Translations under genes and position numbers: made by a program
DNA from: Phallusia mammillata
Taxonomy: Eukaryota
Assembly (NCBI GenBank): GCA_965637545.1
Contig: OZ281501.1
Coordinates: 18,910,001-18,974,000 of the forward strand
Length of the DNA: 64,000 bases
Reading direction: 5' to 3'
Notes under the pieces: model-generated
Told to the model about the DNA's origin: nothing
Database searches by the model: none
Seen by the model: the letters and a program-made list of their open reading frames with translations, nothing else
Part shown: positions 12,378-24,814 of the stretch, piece after piece
Position numbering within the stretch: the stretch's first letter is position 1
How the letters are laid out: each line of letters begins with the position of its first letter

Positions 12378-15207
12378 CTTTAACGATTGGTAACTTTAAA
12401 TCCTACCTTTACAGGAGCTTAATATATTTTTTCTGGAAACAAATAAATTGCACTCCAACATTTGAATTAACATTTCTTAAACAACGGAAATGATTCAAAA
12501 TCGGCTCCAAACGCGCAACTGAGATTTCAATTTAACTAAGACTCGCCAAGTCTGCAAATAACTGCTCAACACACAGACTACTACACGAGCCTCATTGGAA
12601 AACTAACGTAAAAACATTACCGCAACAATACATCAAAAAATGCCAGAAACTGTCGCTTCTGTATTTTCGTTTCAACAGGAAATCAGCAAGCTTCTGCATT
12701 GTGATGTGTTTCAGTTTATACAATTGCATCACTCATTTTTTTAGAACTACTTAACAACCAGTGAATAAGGGTTGGAAAATGAGTTTCACGTCTTGACAGT
12801 TCAATAAACCTAATTTCACGTTAAAACGATCAGAATATATCAACCCTAAATCGACATTTTTGCTTCAAATCTTGCAACTGACACTGCTTTCAAATATACT
12901 AGAACTCATAGATTGTTAAAAATAACTCGCCCTATGCGTTTGAGTGCACAACACAGAGACTAGTATAAAAACCTCTTTGGAAATCAACCGAAAAACAGTA
13001 ATGCAATCACAAATTACGTCAAAAAATGCCGGACATCGGTAAAACGTCTGTAATTAGTTTTCTTTACAACACGAAATCAGCAAGCTTCTTTGTTGTTTGT
13101 GTTTCAGTTTTTTCAATTGTATCCCTCAATTTTTTGAGACTTGTTTTCATTGCGGTATATGCATTAGTTTCAGTATGTACAGCAGCACCTATTATAATCG
13201 ATGCTATGAGACTATTTCGATAACTTCCCACTGTGTTCGTATTGAATGTTACATCGAGGAATAAAGGCATTTCCGCAATGCTCGTTTGGACTTTTTACGA
13301 AGGGTTCTTGTAACAATTTTTATTGCGGAAGAAAATATTTTCTACAGCATTGCATGTGGTTCACTAAAAAATCGTTTTCGTTTTTTTTCTCTGCTTATCG
13401 CTCAAACAAAATCTTACGTTAATGCAGATGTAGATGATTATGCTAATTATTGCGTGAGTTCACTAGTTCTTTATTGCTTTTGTGTAGGAATTATGACTTT
13501 TAGCTAAAGTTAAATTACATTATGAAGATAAATCCCGCCTATAAACAAAACCTAGTACCACTCAACCAAGTGATTTTAATGAAAATAACACACAAACAAT
13601 AATGACACACAAGACATAAGGTTAGAACATTCAACTGCAAAAAACAACAGCAATCTGACACTCAGCTCAAAGTAACTGCATTCAACAAGCGCACTGTACA
13701 ACTGCCTCGTTTACAACACTTTCCAACATAACATTAAACAAGGACATATATGCACAATCTGGTGGGCGTAAAATGAAACATGAAATTGGCGTGCCCTCAA
13801 AGCGATGTTATAACTTATACTTATAAGAGAATAATTACGATTAGATAATTACATGAAACTAGCAGGCTTTGAAACACAACGTTTGTAGCTGAATTTGACA
13901 ATGTTAGGCCACAGAAGATATCTCCCAGGTTCAGCGTGGCCAGTCCTGTCCTGTGAGCAAATGTTGACCTGCCCTGAGGGCAAATTGCGTGACTTTGTCT
14001 GACCTTGTGTCTTTGTACAGATAGCTAGGAGATCGGTGAAAGTTTGTTATAAACAAACATGTTGGTTTGACGCAACATGTGCATAAGTTTCATTATTGTC
14101 TTTTCTTTACTTTACCGAAGTTTAGGGTCGATACGGGATTAGATCTCACACCCTTGTGGTCGATACGGGATTGGAACTCACAACCTTGTATTATCAGCTT
14201 GGTCGTTTTGGTAGTGAATAATTTAAACTTGATGCTTTTTTCTTAACGACGGTTTTAAAGTCAAAAGGTTGCGCTGTTTGAAAGTGGAAAAAAGCAAAAA
14301 GAGGCCGACCGTATTAGCTGAACAGTTCTTTTACAAAAAATAAGAAACACACGCTGCCGTAAAACAGCTTCAACAGTTGCATGAAAAAAAAAACGTAACA
14401 ATACCTGAATCGAGATGCATTAAAAAGCAGATAGTCACCCCGTTATTTTGCGCTGATAAAAATTTGTGGCGGGGTTTTGGTTTAGAACAAAATCCAACTT
14501 AACAAGCAAAAAATGTTGAAAGCAATTGATTTATTTGAATAAGAAACTAATGAGCCTTGTTAACCCACAGTTAAAGCTCAACAACAAAATGCTGTTGCTG
14601 CTAGGTATAATATTAGGTTGTTAAAGTTGTGACGTATTAATTAAAACATTTTTCGGATCGGCAAACAGAACAAAGTGAACTGAATAGACCGAATTTAGGC
14701 TAGCAAGTGTACCTATGAGTTCCAATGTAGTCAAGTTGGGTAGTAATTTCAATGTTTTCGCGTTGAAATAGTGTATTGATTTGTCACGTAGATTTATCTG
14801 CTAACGAATTTAAATTACATCACGCAGCAAACTTAGCTTTGTTTCGGTCTTTTTTCAAAACAGTTTTGTAATAGGGTCGGGTTTCAGGCCTTGTTGTTAG
14901 GCCCTTTATACAGCGCTACCACTGATTGTAACATAAATAAAGTAACTTAGAAAAAACCAACTAGAATTGTTAAAAACTTGGAAAGGCGTAAGTTTGGAAG
15001 AGAAAAAGCGACATGCTTTATTTTTCAAACGTTTCGCCAAATGCTCATGCCATTATCATGATCATGGGTATTTTCATTATTAAACTTATAAACAAATCTG
15101 TATGTAGCGTTCCAAGGTTGGTTGTGAAATTTGAAGGTTGTTTAGAGATTTCGCGCAACTGAATCTAAGAGCCACATGGGCAGCTGAAACAACTACATCA
15201 AATAGAT

Positions 15208-15765
15208 CAGTGGTTCTTAACCTTTTTGGTGTGGTTTCCGACTAAAGTCAACCACCAACTACGAATTTCCCCCTCTATTATTTTTATAATGATGTTTTGT
15301 GCCCTACGTTAACAAAAAATATTCTTTAAATGAAATAATTTTGTGAAGCGATTTGGTCTGGAACCCCAAAAGTATACTGCAATCTTATTTAGTTTAATTA
15401 GTGCTTCTGTGAGAGATCGAAGTTTTTGGAATATTGCTTTCTCCTCTGCTTGCAATAGTCATTTTTTGCATCACAATCAACAAAGGAAAGACATTTATTC
15501 GTGCACGATAGCAAAGTCATTGATACTTTTAGTCTTGTCTGTGATGTAACAAACGGCCTTTGGATTTGTATGTGTCTTGTAAGCCTTGCTGAAATTAATC
15601 TTACATGTTGTTGCGGAAAAATGTTAGGAAAGTAACTTTCTACGATTAATTCAAAGCTGGGTTCGACCCTCTGGCCCGAGTTTGGTTACCTGACTTACAT
15701 AATTTCCCTCTGAAAACATTAAATTTCCCACTAGTGGGAAATTTTCCACCGGTTAAGAACCACTG
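15208..15765. mobile_element. hAT (Charlie-like) MITE
   Basis: TIRs CAGTGGTTCTTAACC/GGTTAAGAACCACTG with perfect 8-bp TSD AAATAGAT. Confidence 0.9.
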
Positions 15766-16675
15766 AAATAGATGTTAACGCTAGATTTTAACATCTTGTT
15801 TGTTTACCCTGCTAAGCATAAGTTTGTCAACAATTTCCCGATGTTTACTATCTGTTGACGACGACACAAACACCAACGCGTCATATTATAGAATGTTTTA
15901 ATTGTTGGAACGATTGAAATAGACCCTTGTCAATGACGTCACAATCGGCGTTATCAAGTGACAAAGGTTTGGAAAGTTGAGCTCCGTGGAAAGCGCGCCT
16001 GCGTCAGTAAAGATGCGCTCGGTTTGAATACACGGAGCGGCTGAATACACAACTTACGTCAATCGGATTCCTACGCTGCGCAAACATGTTGATATGAAAG
16101 ATAGCAGGTTGGTATAAATGTGCGGTGAGCTACTGATGTTGGGCTGGGTTCGTGTTAGTCGAATTGAAAGAAGACTGAGAATGATTTATAGCAGTTTGTG
16201 TGAAGTTACTTTTAGCTGCCAGGATAACAATGTTATTGTAAGATTTTTTTAGTTTTGCGTTTCTATATTCTATTTTTTTGGGTAAATAAACAAAGTTAGG
16301 AGGATTTTCTTAATATTTCAACTTCAAAGGTGTTGTTATAGTCAGTTTGTCTTGAGTACATTTGTTTGCTTTCACATATTTATTTGTTAAGCAAGGTAAT
16401 CGCGACATATTCCAAAAAATGACAAAACATGAAAGCTAAAGTTTTCAGTAACCTTTTTGGTAGTTGCAGGATAATTGTTATAGATTAAAAAGCGTGCATA
16501 TATGACAAAAATGAAACAATGAAAAGATTTAGGGGATTGGAAAGTTTAAACTTCAAAAAAATAAATAAAAAAAATAAATCTAATTGTCATTATTATTTAT
16601 TGTGTTTCAGAAAATAAATTCAAGAAAGTGCTTTTTTATATTTTAGAAACACTGTTGTGAAAAACCGCGGAAAAA

Positions 16676-16993
16676 ATGTCGGATCTCGCGTGGAGTTATT
16701 CACCGAAATTCACCCGAAAAGTGGGCCGCCCGACTTTGAGTTCGGTTCCACAAGAATTCAAAACATTTCTGCAGAACAAAATCGCTCCAGTTCCCGCAGT
16801 GAACGAACACGAGCGTGATTACGTCATCAGACGCGCCCTTGCTCTATACCGCCTCTGCTGGTGCAATGTCCCGAACGGATGGCTTATGGTGGATGAAAAG
16901 CTACGCGAGGCGCTAGGAGAAACGTGGATGGAAGAATACGAACAAAGGAACGGAGAAAAGATCGAAGTTCCAAGTGACAACGACAATTTGTGA
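16676..16993 (+). CDS. Uncharacterised 105-aa protein (single coding exon)
   Basis: Clean ORF, GC-richer than its flanks. Preceded by a polypyrimidine/AG acceptor at 16646 and an in-frame upstream TGA. A CpG-rich candidate promoter/leader exon lies at about 15930-16107 with a donor at 16108. No family recognised. Confidence 0.6.
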   Translation: MSDLAWSYSPKFTRKVGRPTLSSVPQEFKTFLQNKIAPVPAVNEHERDYVIRRALALYRLCWCNVPNGWLMVDEKLREALGETWMEEYEQRNGEKIEVPSDNDNL

Positions 16994-17401
16994 ATGTTCT
17001 TATTTCGTGCTTGTTTGTTGAGAAATTGAATTGAAATATGTCCATAAAATTCTTGCTGCTAATTTTCTACGTTTTCTTGCATTATGTCTAATGATATTTC
17101 GCCAGTATAGGCCTAAGTTTGTTTCGTTATTTTCATCGTTGCTTGTTGTATAATTTATAAAAAACAAAACAGGCCTTCCTGCACAAGTTTTCCTCATTGT
17201 GGGTTTTGAAAATAGTAGAAGGCGCCAAACACATTTGTAGAAACGAAAACCTCTGGATTTAGACTTCAAAGCGGTTTTGGTTCGAACCCCGCCATAACCG
17301 TTTTTAAAGTTCACCTCAGAGATGATATGTTAACAGATGTATCGTGGTCCTTATATAAATATTAAACGATGTTTTTCGCTGTTCTTGTATATCATCTAAA
17401 G

Positions 17402-18303
17402 CAGGGGCGGGCAACTTCTCCAGTCGGCGGGCCTGATATGGGAAAATAAAGTACTTGGCGGGCCAGATTCCCGAATCGATACATTAATCGCGTATTTATC
17501 CAGTGATTTAAAACGGATTTTTGACCACCTAAACCAGTGGTCTTCAACCATTTTAGCGAAATCGCCCCCTTGCTAGGGCACTGACTCAATATCGCCCCCC
17601 ATTATATCGTTTTTTTTTTAAGTTCTTGACTCTTGAGCATTTGCGTGCAATTAGATTTACCCAGCACCAACGAATGCTTATGTTAACAGTTAAAACCCAA
17701 TTTAATTGCTACAACAACACTGAGGGTCAATTTCACGCAATTCTAACGCATCCAAGCAAAGTTTGTGACGTCATAGACAAGATAACATCATACGATTATG
17801 CGCAAACTATAGCTATTTTTGTTATTTTGATTAAAAGTAATGGGGCATTACTCGGCAAAAGAGAAACCCATACATTCCTCATTAATAACTTACACTAGAT
17901 TTATCAAATTTAAGGATGATACAAAAACCTCGCAGTTTTTGAAGCGCTAGCAGACCTATAGAAAGTGTAAAAGTGAAACAAGTTTGAGGGAAAGCTCGTT
18001 ACCGTTATATTAAAAAGGTATAGCCGGTCACCATACATAGTGCATACACCAATTTAATGCATACACCACAGACTTAGATAGTTTTTTTTTGCTTAGATAG
18101 TAACGGCGGGAAAGTTTTTTGCTATTGGGGAGCGTTACTGTCCGTTACAACTATAATTTGACGTAGTATGCAAGTAGTGGGGATTGCGGCAGACTGTGGC
18201 CGCGGGCCACATTACCATGTAAGACCCGTAAACTGTCTGCGGGCCGGTCAAAATCCCGTCGCGGGCCGGATCCGGCCCGCGGGCCGTATGTTGCCCGCCC
18301 CTG
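17402..18303. mobile_element. Non-autonomous hAT element
   Basis: TIRs CAGGGGCGGGCAAC/GTTGCCCGCCCCTG, subterminal GCGGGCC repeats, perfect 8-bp TSD ATCTAAAG. A Charlie-like end fragment lies inside at about 17535. Confidence 0.9.
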
Positions 18304-19469
18304 ATCTAAAGTGAGGTTTTTAGTTGTTTTGATGAAAAAATGGTTTTATTCTGGACCTACTGAACAAACTATTTCCATGTATGAAGCTGTGTTTAAGTAC
18401 TTATTTTTATTACTCTCCTTGGAGACGTTTTAACACACTGTTTGGCTCGTCTTATTAAATACAATCAAATATCTGCAATGTCACTTAAACTGTCAACGAA
18501 TGCGAATATCAAAAGACAACTAAGACAACTTTGAATAAACGAAAACTGAGAACCAAAGTTGAGCTGTTTTACGTGAAACGTGCACAAAAATGTTACGGGG
18601 ACACAAGAAAGTTTGATAGGTCACATAAACGTGCCTGCTGGTTTGAAGGAATTGGATTGAGATTATTCCGTAGGGAATAGGGACAGAATTGCACTAAAAC
18701 AATCACCAACTCGGAAATAGCTGCGCAACGTTGAAACGTTATCGGACGCAAAACAGCGGAGGACACAGTTTGTGGATGATGGCTGAATGCGCTGCAGCTA
18801 CACCGTATTGCAAAGGTTATGTACAATGGCGGCCAAATCGAGACAAGGCGTGATCGAAGGACGATTTGTTTAAAATTAAGCCAAAACCCGTCTCGCTGAA
18901 AAAAACTGTGCTGGACAAGGCTATGTTTTCGCCTCCTTATTATATCTAAGTTTTGGGTCTACTTTGGGCTTAACTTACAAAAAGACAATCGAATTAGCGT
19001 GCCAATTTCGACCCACTCACAACCTTATGTCACCAGACAAGCGTTTCTGTGTCGTTTTTGACATAAACAAGATCTACACCCACAGCAAAACGAAGCAGCG
19101 TACTGTCGTGACCAGTAACAAGAAGAAACAATTTCCTCTCCTTTTTTTTCACCAGGAAACAAATGTTTGAAACAAACTACAAATGTTAATTTATTTGCAT
19201 TTAGGTTTCAAGGGGTTCGATAACAAGGGTTAAATGTCAGTTGCTGGAAATGTACAAAATTGTTTTAAACGAAAAAAGTTGCAGTAATGTATTCCGTATA
19301 TGTTATAGTCTTTGTGATCTGGAATTAAGTTTTACAAAACTTTTCTGACATATTAAGGCTCAGTAAAAGATTGTTTCGAAAAGAATTTGGTTAAATTTAC
19401 GTTCAGCACAGTTGAACAACTATTATTGGTATTCAATTATTTAGGGCTGTAATTAACGCAAGTCTCAAA

Positions 19470-20905
19470 ATGAAAGTTATAATGGCTGGGTTTTCGAAAA
19501 CTGGAACCAAAACAATGGCAGAAGCTTTACGAATATTGGGACTTACAGTGCACGACACCATGGAAAACTTTAGACACCATCGTCAGCTATTTCAGGTGTT
19601 TGTGGAATTTAAAACCTTGGCGAGAAAGTTAGTTATTTGCCACGCAGGTTTGGTATGATTACATTGATGGGAAGGCGACGTTGGATGATATTCGTGAGTC
19701 TTACAAACATGTCGATGCCGTCACTGATTACCCAACCTACTATTTCTGGGAGCAACTGGCCGAAGCTTTTCCAGAGGCCAAGGTACACCCCTTACTAACT
19801 TTTCTATCAGTAAGTTAATCATTGAGTTGTTTACTGTTCATCTTTGTCAGATAGTTTACACCAACCGGGATGAGAAAAGCCTGGTCCGTAGCGCAATGAA
19901 CCAGCACACTGCGATGGCTAACAATACAACAAGTAATTTCCTTCTCATGTTTTCACCAACTGGATGGTGGTTTTTCAAATTCCTTCAAACATTTCGTAAG
20001 TTTCAGAACAACATCACATTTGGCCTTCAAGGAAAATGCTTGTTGACTGATGTGGCCTTCATTGTACAGTTTGTTAACTTATTTTAAACGGTTACAGAAA
20101 CCTAAACCAAAAAATAACATGGAAAACACACTCAATGCGGCCACTTCGAGCCATCATAAACAAACAAATTTCCCACCAATGTCTGAGTGAAACATCCCAC
20201 TAGGTGTGAGTAAAAATTACACACTATTGATTTGATTGCAGATTTGTCTAAATTTGCTTTGTTAGACGATAAACCAGCGAGTTTGAAAAAGTTATTAGGG
20301 CTTGTGTTACAATTTCCCACCATCTGTAATTTAACAAATATGATTTCGTTTATGTTTTGCTGGTCTAAGACACATATTGTACCGTTGCAGTTGGGATTAT
20401 AGAAGGACCTCGACCTCTTTTTCCTTTTACAAAGTGGCCCGATAGCGCCATCTTGCGTACAATAAGATACAGACAACATCATGCAGCTATTCTCATGGTG
20501 AGGTGCTGAAATTCTGTGGCTTAACACTTTGCAGACAATCTTGTTATCTCTCAGAACGCTCCCAAGGGCAGGTTGCTTGTGTACAGCGTGAAGGAAGGAT
20601 GGGAACCATTGTGCAACTTCTTAAACCTTCAAATACCAGATCGTCCGTTTCCACACAAAAATAGTGGAGCAACTCTATTCGATGATCGAATTAATAATGA
20701 CTCATCATTTCAGAGGATGAAACGTGAAGCTTTTGTAATTGTGACATTGATATTCTGTTTAATGGCAGCGTGCGTTTCTTATTTTTTCTTAAAGACACAA
20801 TTTAGTGAAGGAATAAACCACGCAACTGCAGCTGAAGCAATGCATTTTGGCGTTAAAAACTTTGTTGAAGGCGCGTTTACACCACAAGCGGCAAAGCAAA
20901 GTTAA
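19470..20905 (+). CDS. Sulfotransfer_4-like sulfotransferase, copy 6 (mutated exon-1 donor, extended C-terminus)
   Basis: Exons 19470-19595 (cryptic donor; the usual donor at 19587 is CT), 19648-19782, 19851-19995, 20391-20497, 20555-20905. The last exon is 38 codons longer than in paralogs. Confidence 0.7.
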
Positions 20906-22266
20906 GCGGGCTATTCTCCACAATTGAATGAAGTGAGAATGTTCACACCAGACGCAGCCTTCGCTCAAATTCGTACAACTTCCCTTAAATTTCGTGGGCG
21001 TAGCAATAAACTGTCTAATTTTCCTGTGTGACTTGACAGCAGTACCAGGAAGAAGGCTGAAACATCTGCATGAGTTTGGGCTAGAGTTCATAACTTCGAA
21101 GCCACTTAGAAAGTCTGGCGATAAGTCAGTTGTCAGTCTTTAAGTTAACCATTCATGATGGTAACATTTGGTCAGAGGTTTTTTATCTTAGTGTAAGGTT
21201 TTGACTGCTAAGCTAGACAAGTGAACAATTACATGAAGACTAAGTATGAAAGGTACAGTGAAGATTTGTGTAAACGTAGATGGGCAGTCATGTTCGATGG
21301 CATGTTGGGGCAAGAGGAGGCACTTTCTTCCCTTAAAATCTTAATACACCTCAAATTTTGTCGAGAAAGCTTGATGAATGAAAAAGTATAATGCATGAAG
21401 AGGTAAAGGAGAGGAATCAATGAATGTCGAAATAAGCGAGTTTAACGAAGTCTGCCTTGTTTACATATATAGTGTTTCCATAATTGGAATTAGGCTTCTA
21501 AACGCAATACCGTCACAAAACAGTGAAACAAGATGACAAATGCCATCTACGTTCCATCGCGATTTTGCTAAGTCATGTAATAGTTTTTCTAAAAAACCTC
21601 GGTAAAGCAATCCCCCTATTATTTTTCGTTACGTATGGCGTACGACGTGAACGTTCAAGCGTGCAAAACTAACGTCATGGGTGTTGCGTCACCAAGTCAA
21701 ACGTGACCATTTACACCGGTTAAACAGGTTGAGTGAAACAAGTTTGAAGTAACACATGACTTGCAGAGATAAGCATATGTTTATAAATTGAGAAGCAATG
21801 TCTGTGTACAGGTTTTGACGACTCTAAACAAGCCCCTAGGCAAATTAGCCGACTAAAGTACAACATTATCTAAACTGATTATTCAAGCACCATGCAGTAC
21901 ATATCAAGTTGTAGCAACATTGATCTGGATTAAGATGGGCTAAAACGTTTCAGCTAAAATTTCAGCAATTATTGGCTGAAGTTGCTGTAGCAAGTGAAAT
22001 TAAAGGAAGGACAGACAATATCGTTCTGCATTTTCACCTACCAAAGAAACTTATACATTAACGGATATATTTTGAAAATTTCAACACTTTGCGAATTCAG
22101 GTTTACAAAACTTGCCCATGGAGTGGCGTTATATACAGCTATTTTAGAATCGTCACCAATCTCTTCATTGCTATCAGTACGAAATTACATTTAACTAATC
22201 TTAGCGGAAAGTTAACTACTTTTTGTCAAAACCAATATCAGGACCTAAGTTAATCCTCCCAAAAAC

Positions 22267-23670
22267 ATGAAGGTTATAGCTGCAGGAGTATCAAAGACTG
22301 GAACCAAATCAATGGCAGAAGCTTTACGAATATTGGGACTTACAGTGCACGACAGCATGGAACACTACAAATACCATCGTCAGGTTTTTCAGTTATTTGT
22401 GGGTTTTTAAACTTTGGTGAGAAAGTTAGTTATTTCTCACGCAGGTTTGGTATGATTACATTGATGGGAAGGCGACGTTGGATGATATTCGTGAGTCTTA
22501 CAAACATGTCGATGCTGTCACTGATTTTCCAGTCCATATATTTTGGGAGCAACTGGCCGAAGCTTTTCCAGAGGCCAAGGTATAATCGTTAATCTAGCTG
22601 TGTTGCATCAGGTGGATCCAGTCGTGGGATTCATTTTTTTGTCAGCCGGTACTATTACAAAAGTCTTATTATGCCAACCGGTTCGCTGATATCATAAAAT
22701 TTAGTGAGACGGTTCTATAGAACCCACCACCCCTTTTGACCTTGTTTCCAGATAATCTTAACCCAACGAGATGAGAAGAGCTACATTCCCAGTGCAATGA
22801 AGCAGAGAATAGCATTAGCAAACAACAAATCATGTATATTCCTTTTCACCTTTTCTCCAACTGGATGGAAATATTTCAAATTCCTTCAAGTTTTTCGTAA
22901 GTTTTAAAAAATATTAAAAATATGTCATGTTTGAGTTAATGAAAACTGTTTCTATGACAAACATGGTAAGAGTAGTAAAACTTTCTTTAAAAACCTTTTA
23001 AGACTTGACTTGACTGGAGATTCGACTTATAGGATTCGTTACCCAACCCTGGTATAATGCAGTAAAGAGATAGGGTTTAAACGACAAATAGTTTTAGATT
23101 TGGCTTACCTAACGCTTGCAGAAAGCAAGTATGTTACGACATGCCAATAACGGACTGAAATGTAATTTAAGTGACAAACATAATAATAAGTAAATGGTCA
23201 AAACGGTAAATTAATCAATATTACGCAGTGACGTAAATTGGCAGTATATGGTAAACAGTATATTTGCAGTTGGTGTCATGGATGGACATCAACCTCTTTT
23301 CCCATTTACAAACTGGCCCTTCAGCGCCAGCTTGCGGGCAATAAAGTATAGACAACATAATGCAGCAGTTCTCATGGTGAGTTGCTGAAATGTTGAAGCT
23401 AAATATTTTGGAGACAATCTTGTTTCTTTCCAGAACGCTCCCAAGGAGAGGTTGCTTGTGTACAGCGTGAAGGAAGGATGGGATCCATTGTGCAACTTCT
23501 TAAACCTTCCAATCCCAAATCGTCCATTGCCACACAAAAATCACGGAGCAACAATATACAATGACCGGGTGAAAAACGACCCAACATTTCAAAAAATGAA
23601 ACGTGAAGCTTTTGTGATTGTGTCATTAATATTCTGTTTTATGGCCGCGTGCGTTTCTTATTTTCTTTGA
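22267..23670 (+). CDS. Sulfotransfer_4-like sulfotransferase, copy 7
   Basis: Exons 22267-22383, 22445-22579, 22752-22896, 23270-23376, 23434-23670, in frame. Has VTDFPVHIFW. Confidence 0.85.
22615..22730. mobile_element. Degenerate hAT MITE (CAGTGGTGGGATTC family) in intron 2 of copy 7
   Basis: Similar to 27634-27813 and 42227-42404. Ends are eroded. Confidence 0.6.
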
Positions 23671-24814
23671 CCCTTTTTAACTGTTAAATATCTATCTTAG
23701 ACCAAATAATGAGAATCCAATGGTGTATAATGCTTATGTATTCGATGAGTCATGCTGTATAGTTGCTTCGTCACCCAATGTTTCGACGAATAAAACTTCA
23801 ACACGTGTCCTTCAAAAAAAATCTCGAAGGCATCTGAAAATTGTAAAAAACAATAGATTTGCAAAAGGAAGACGAAGACAAAAACTAGGGCAAATTCATG
23901 AAAATAAGGGGTAACCTACAAACAGTCGAGATCAGGATCAGTTCAAGCGTGACGAAACTGACGTCATCGGTGTTGCGTCATCATGTCACCACGTGACCAT
24001 CCATGTTGGTTGAACAGTTTGAGTGCAACAAGTTTAAAGTGAAACCATATCTGTAGAGATTAACGAAGTTTATAAATTGAGAAGCAATGTCACGAGTGTT
24101 GTGGATTTCAACCAATCAGAAAGTAGCATTTTAACAATAACTAGGAAGATTTGTCTGGGAGTGTTAAACTGAATAATAGAGACAAACTATTTCAGCGACG
24201 AAACATAATCTCCCCAACTTTGACCGCAATGCCGCAGTGATGCAAACCTTGTGTATTTGTTCTGGGTTTGCTTGGTTGGTTAAGCGTTTTGTTGTTTAGC
24301 TTTAACTGTGGGTTGAAAGGCTGATTAGTTTCTTAAGTGCTATAACAGAACTGAACGGTGTTCAAAGCAGACATTAACGACCCAAAACAACCTCATATCA
24401 GGTTTGTCGGTTGAAGCTCAATATTTTGCTGAGTTCTGCCTCACTAGTCAAGCGTTGCGGCAATTTGCTTCGTGAATCGCTGTGTGGGTGAAGATATGCG
24501 AGTGGTTTGGATGAAATGTAAACAGTTTGTGGTCGACGTTCTTATAGTTTCAAAAAGAACGAGCGATAAAATTATTTCTGCAGTTCCACCTTGAAATAGA
24601 TGTGGTTATTCATGGTTGTATATACTTTGGAAGTTTAGGTTTAGTTTCAAAGTGGCCCAGTAGCGTTATATGAATTTTTTTTAGAATCATTGCCTATCGA
24701 CTCAATGCTTTATAATTAAATTTCAGGATTAATTAGCTACTAACTGGGGGCAAACTAAGTTGACGAATTTAAGGACTTCAATATTAAAGGACCTCAGTTA
24801 ATTAATAATTAAAG

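Noticed and set aside
13990-14005. DR4-like xenobiotic-receptor element (AGGTCAgacaAAGTCA, minus) between the sulfotransferase arms
   Set aside because: Single imperfect site that is expected by chance and is not repeated in paralog promoters.
14334-14370. Another sulfotransferase copy in the central region
   Set aside because: Only about 35 bp resembling the end of exon 5; too short to call.
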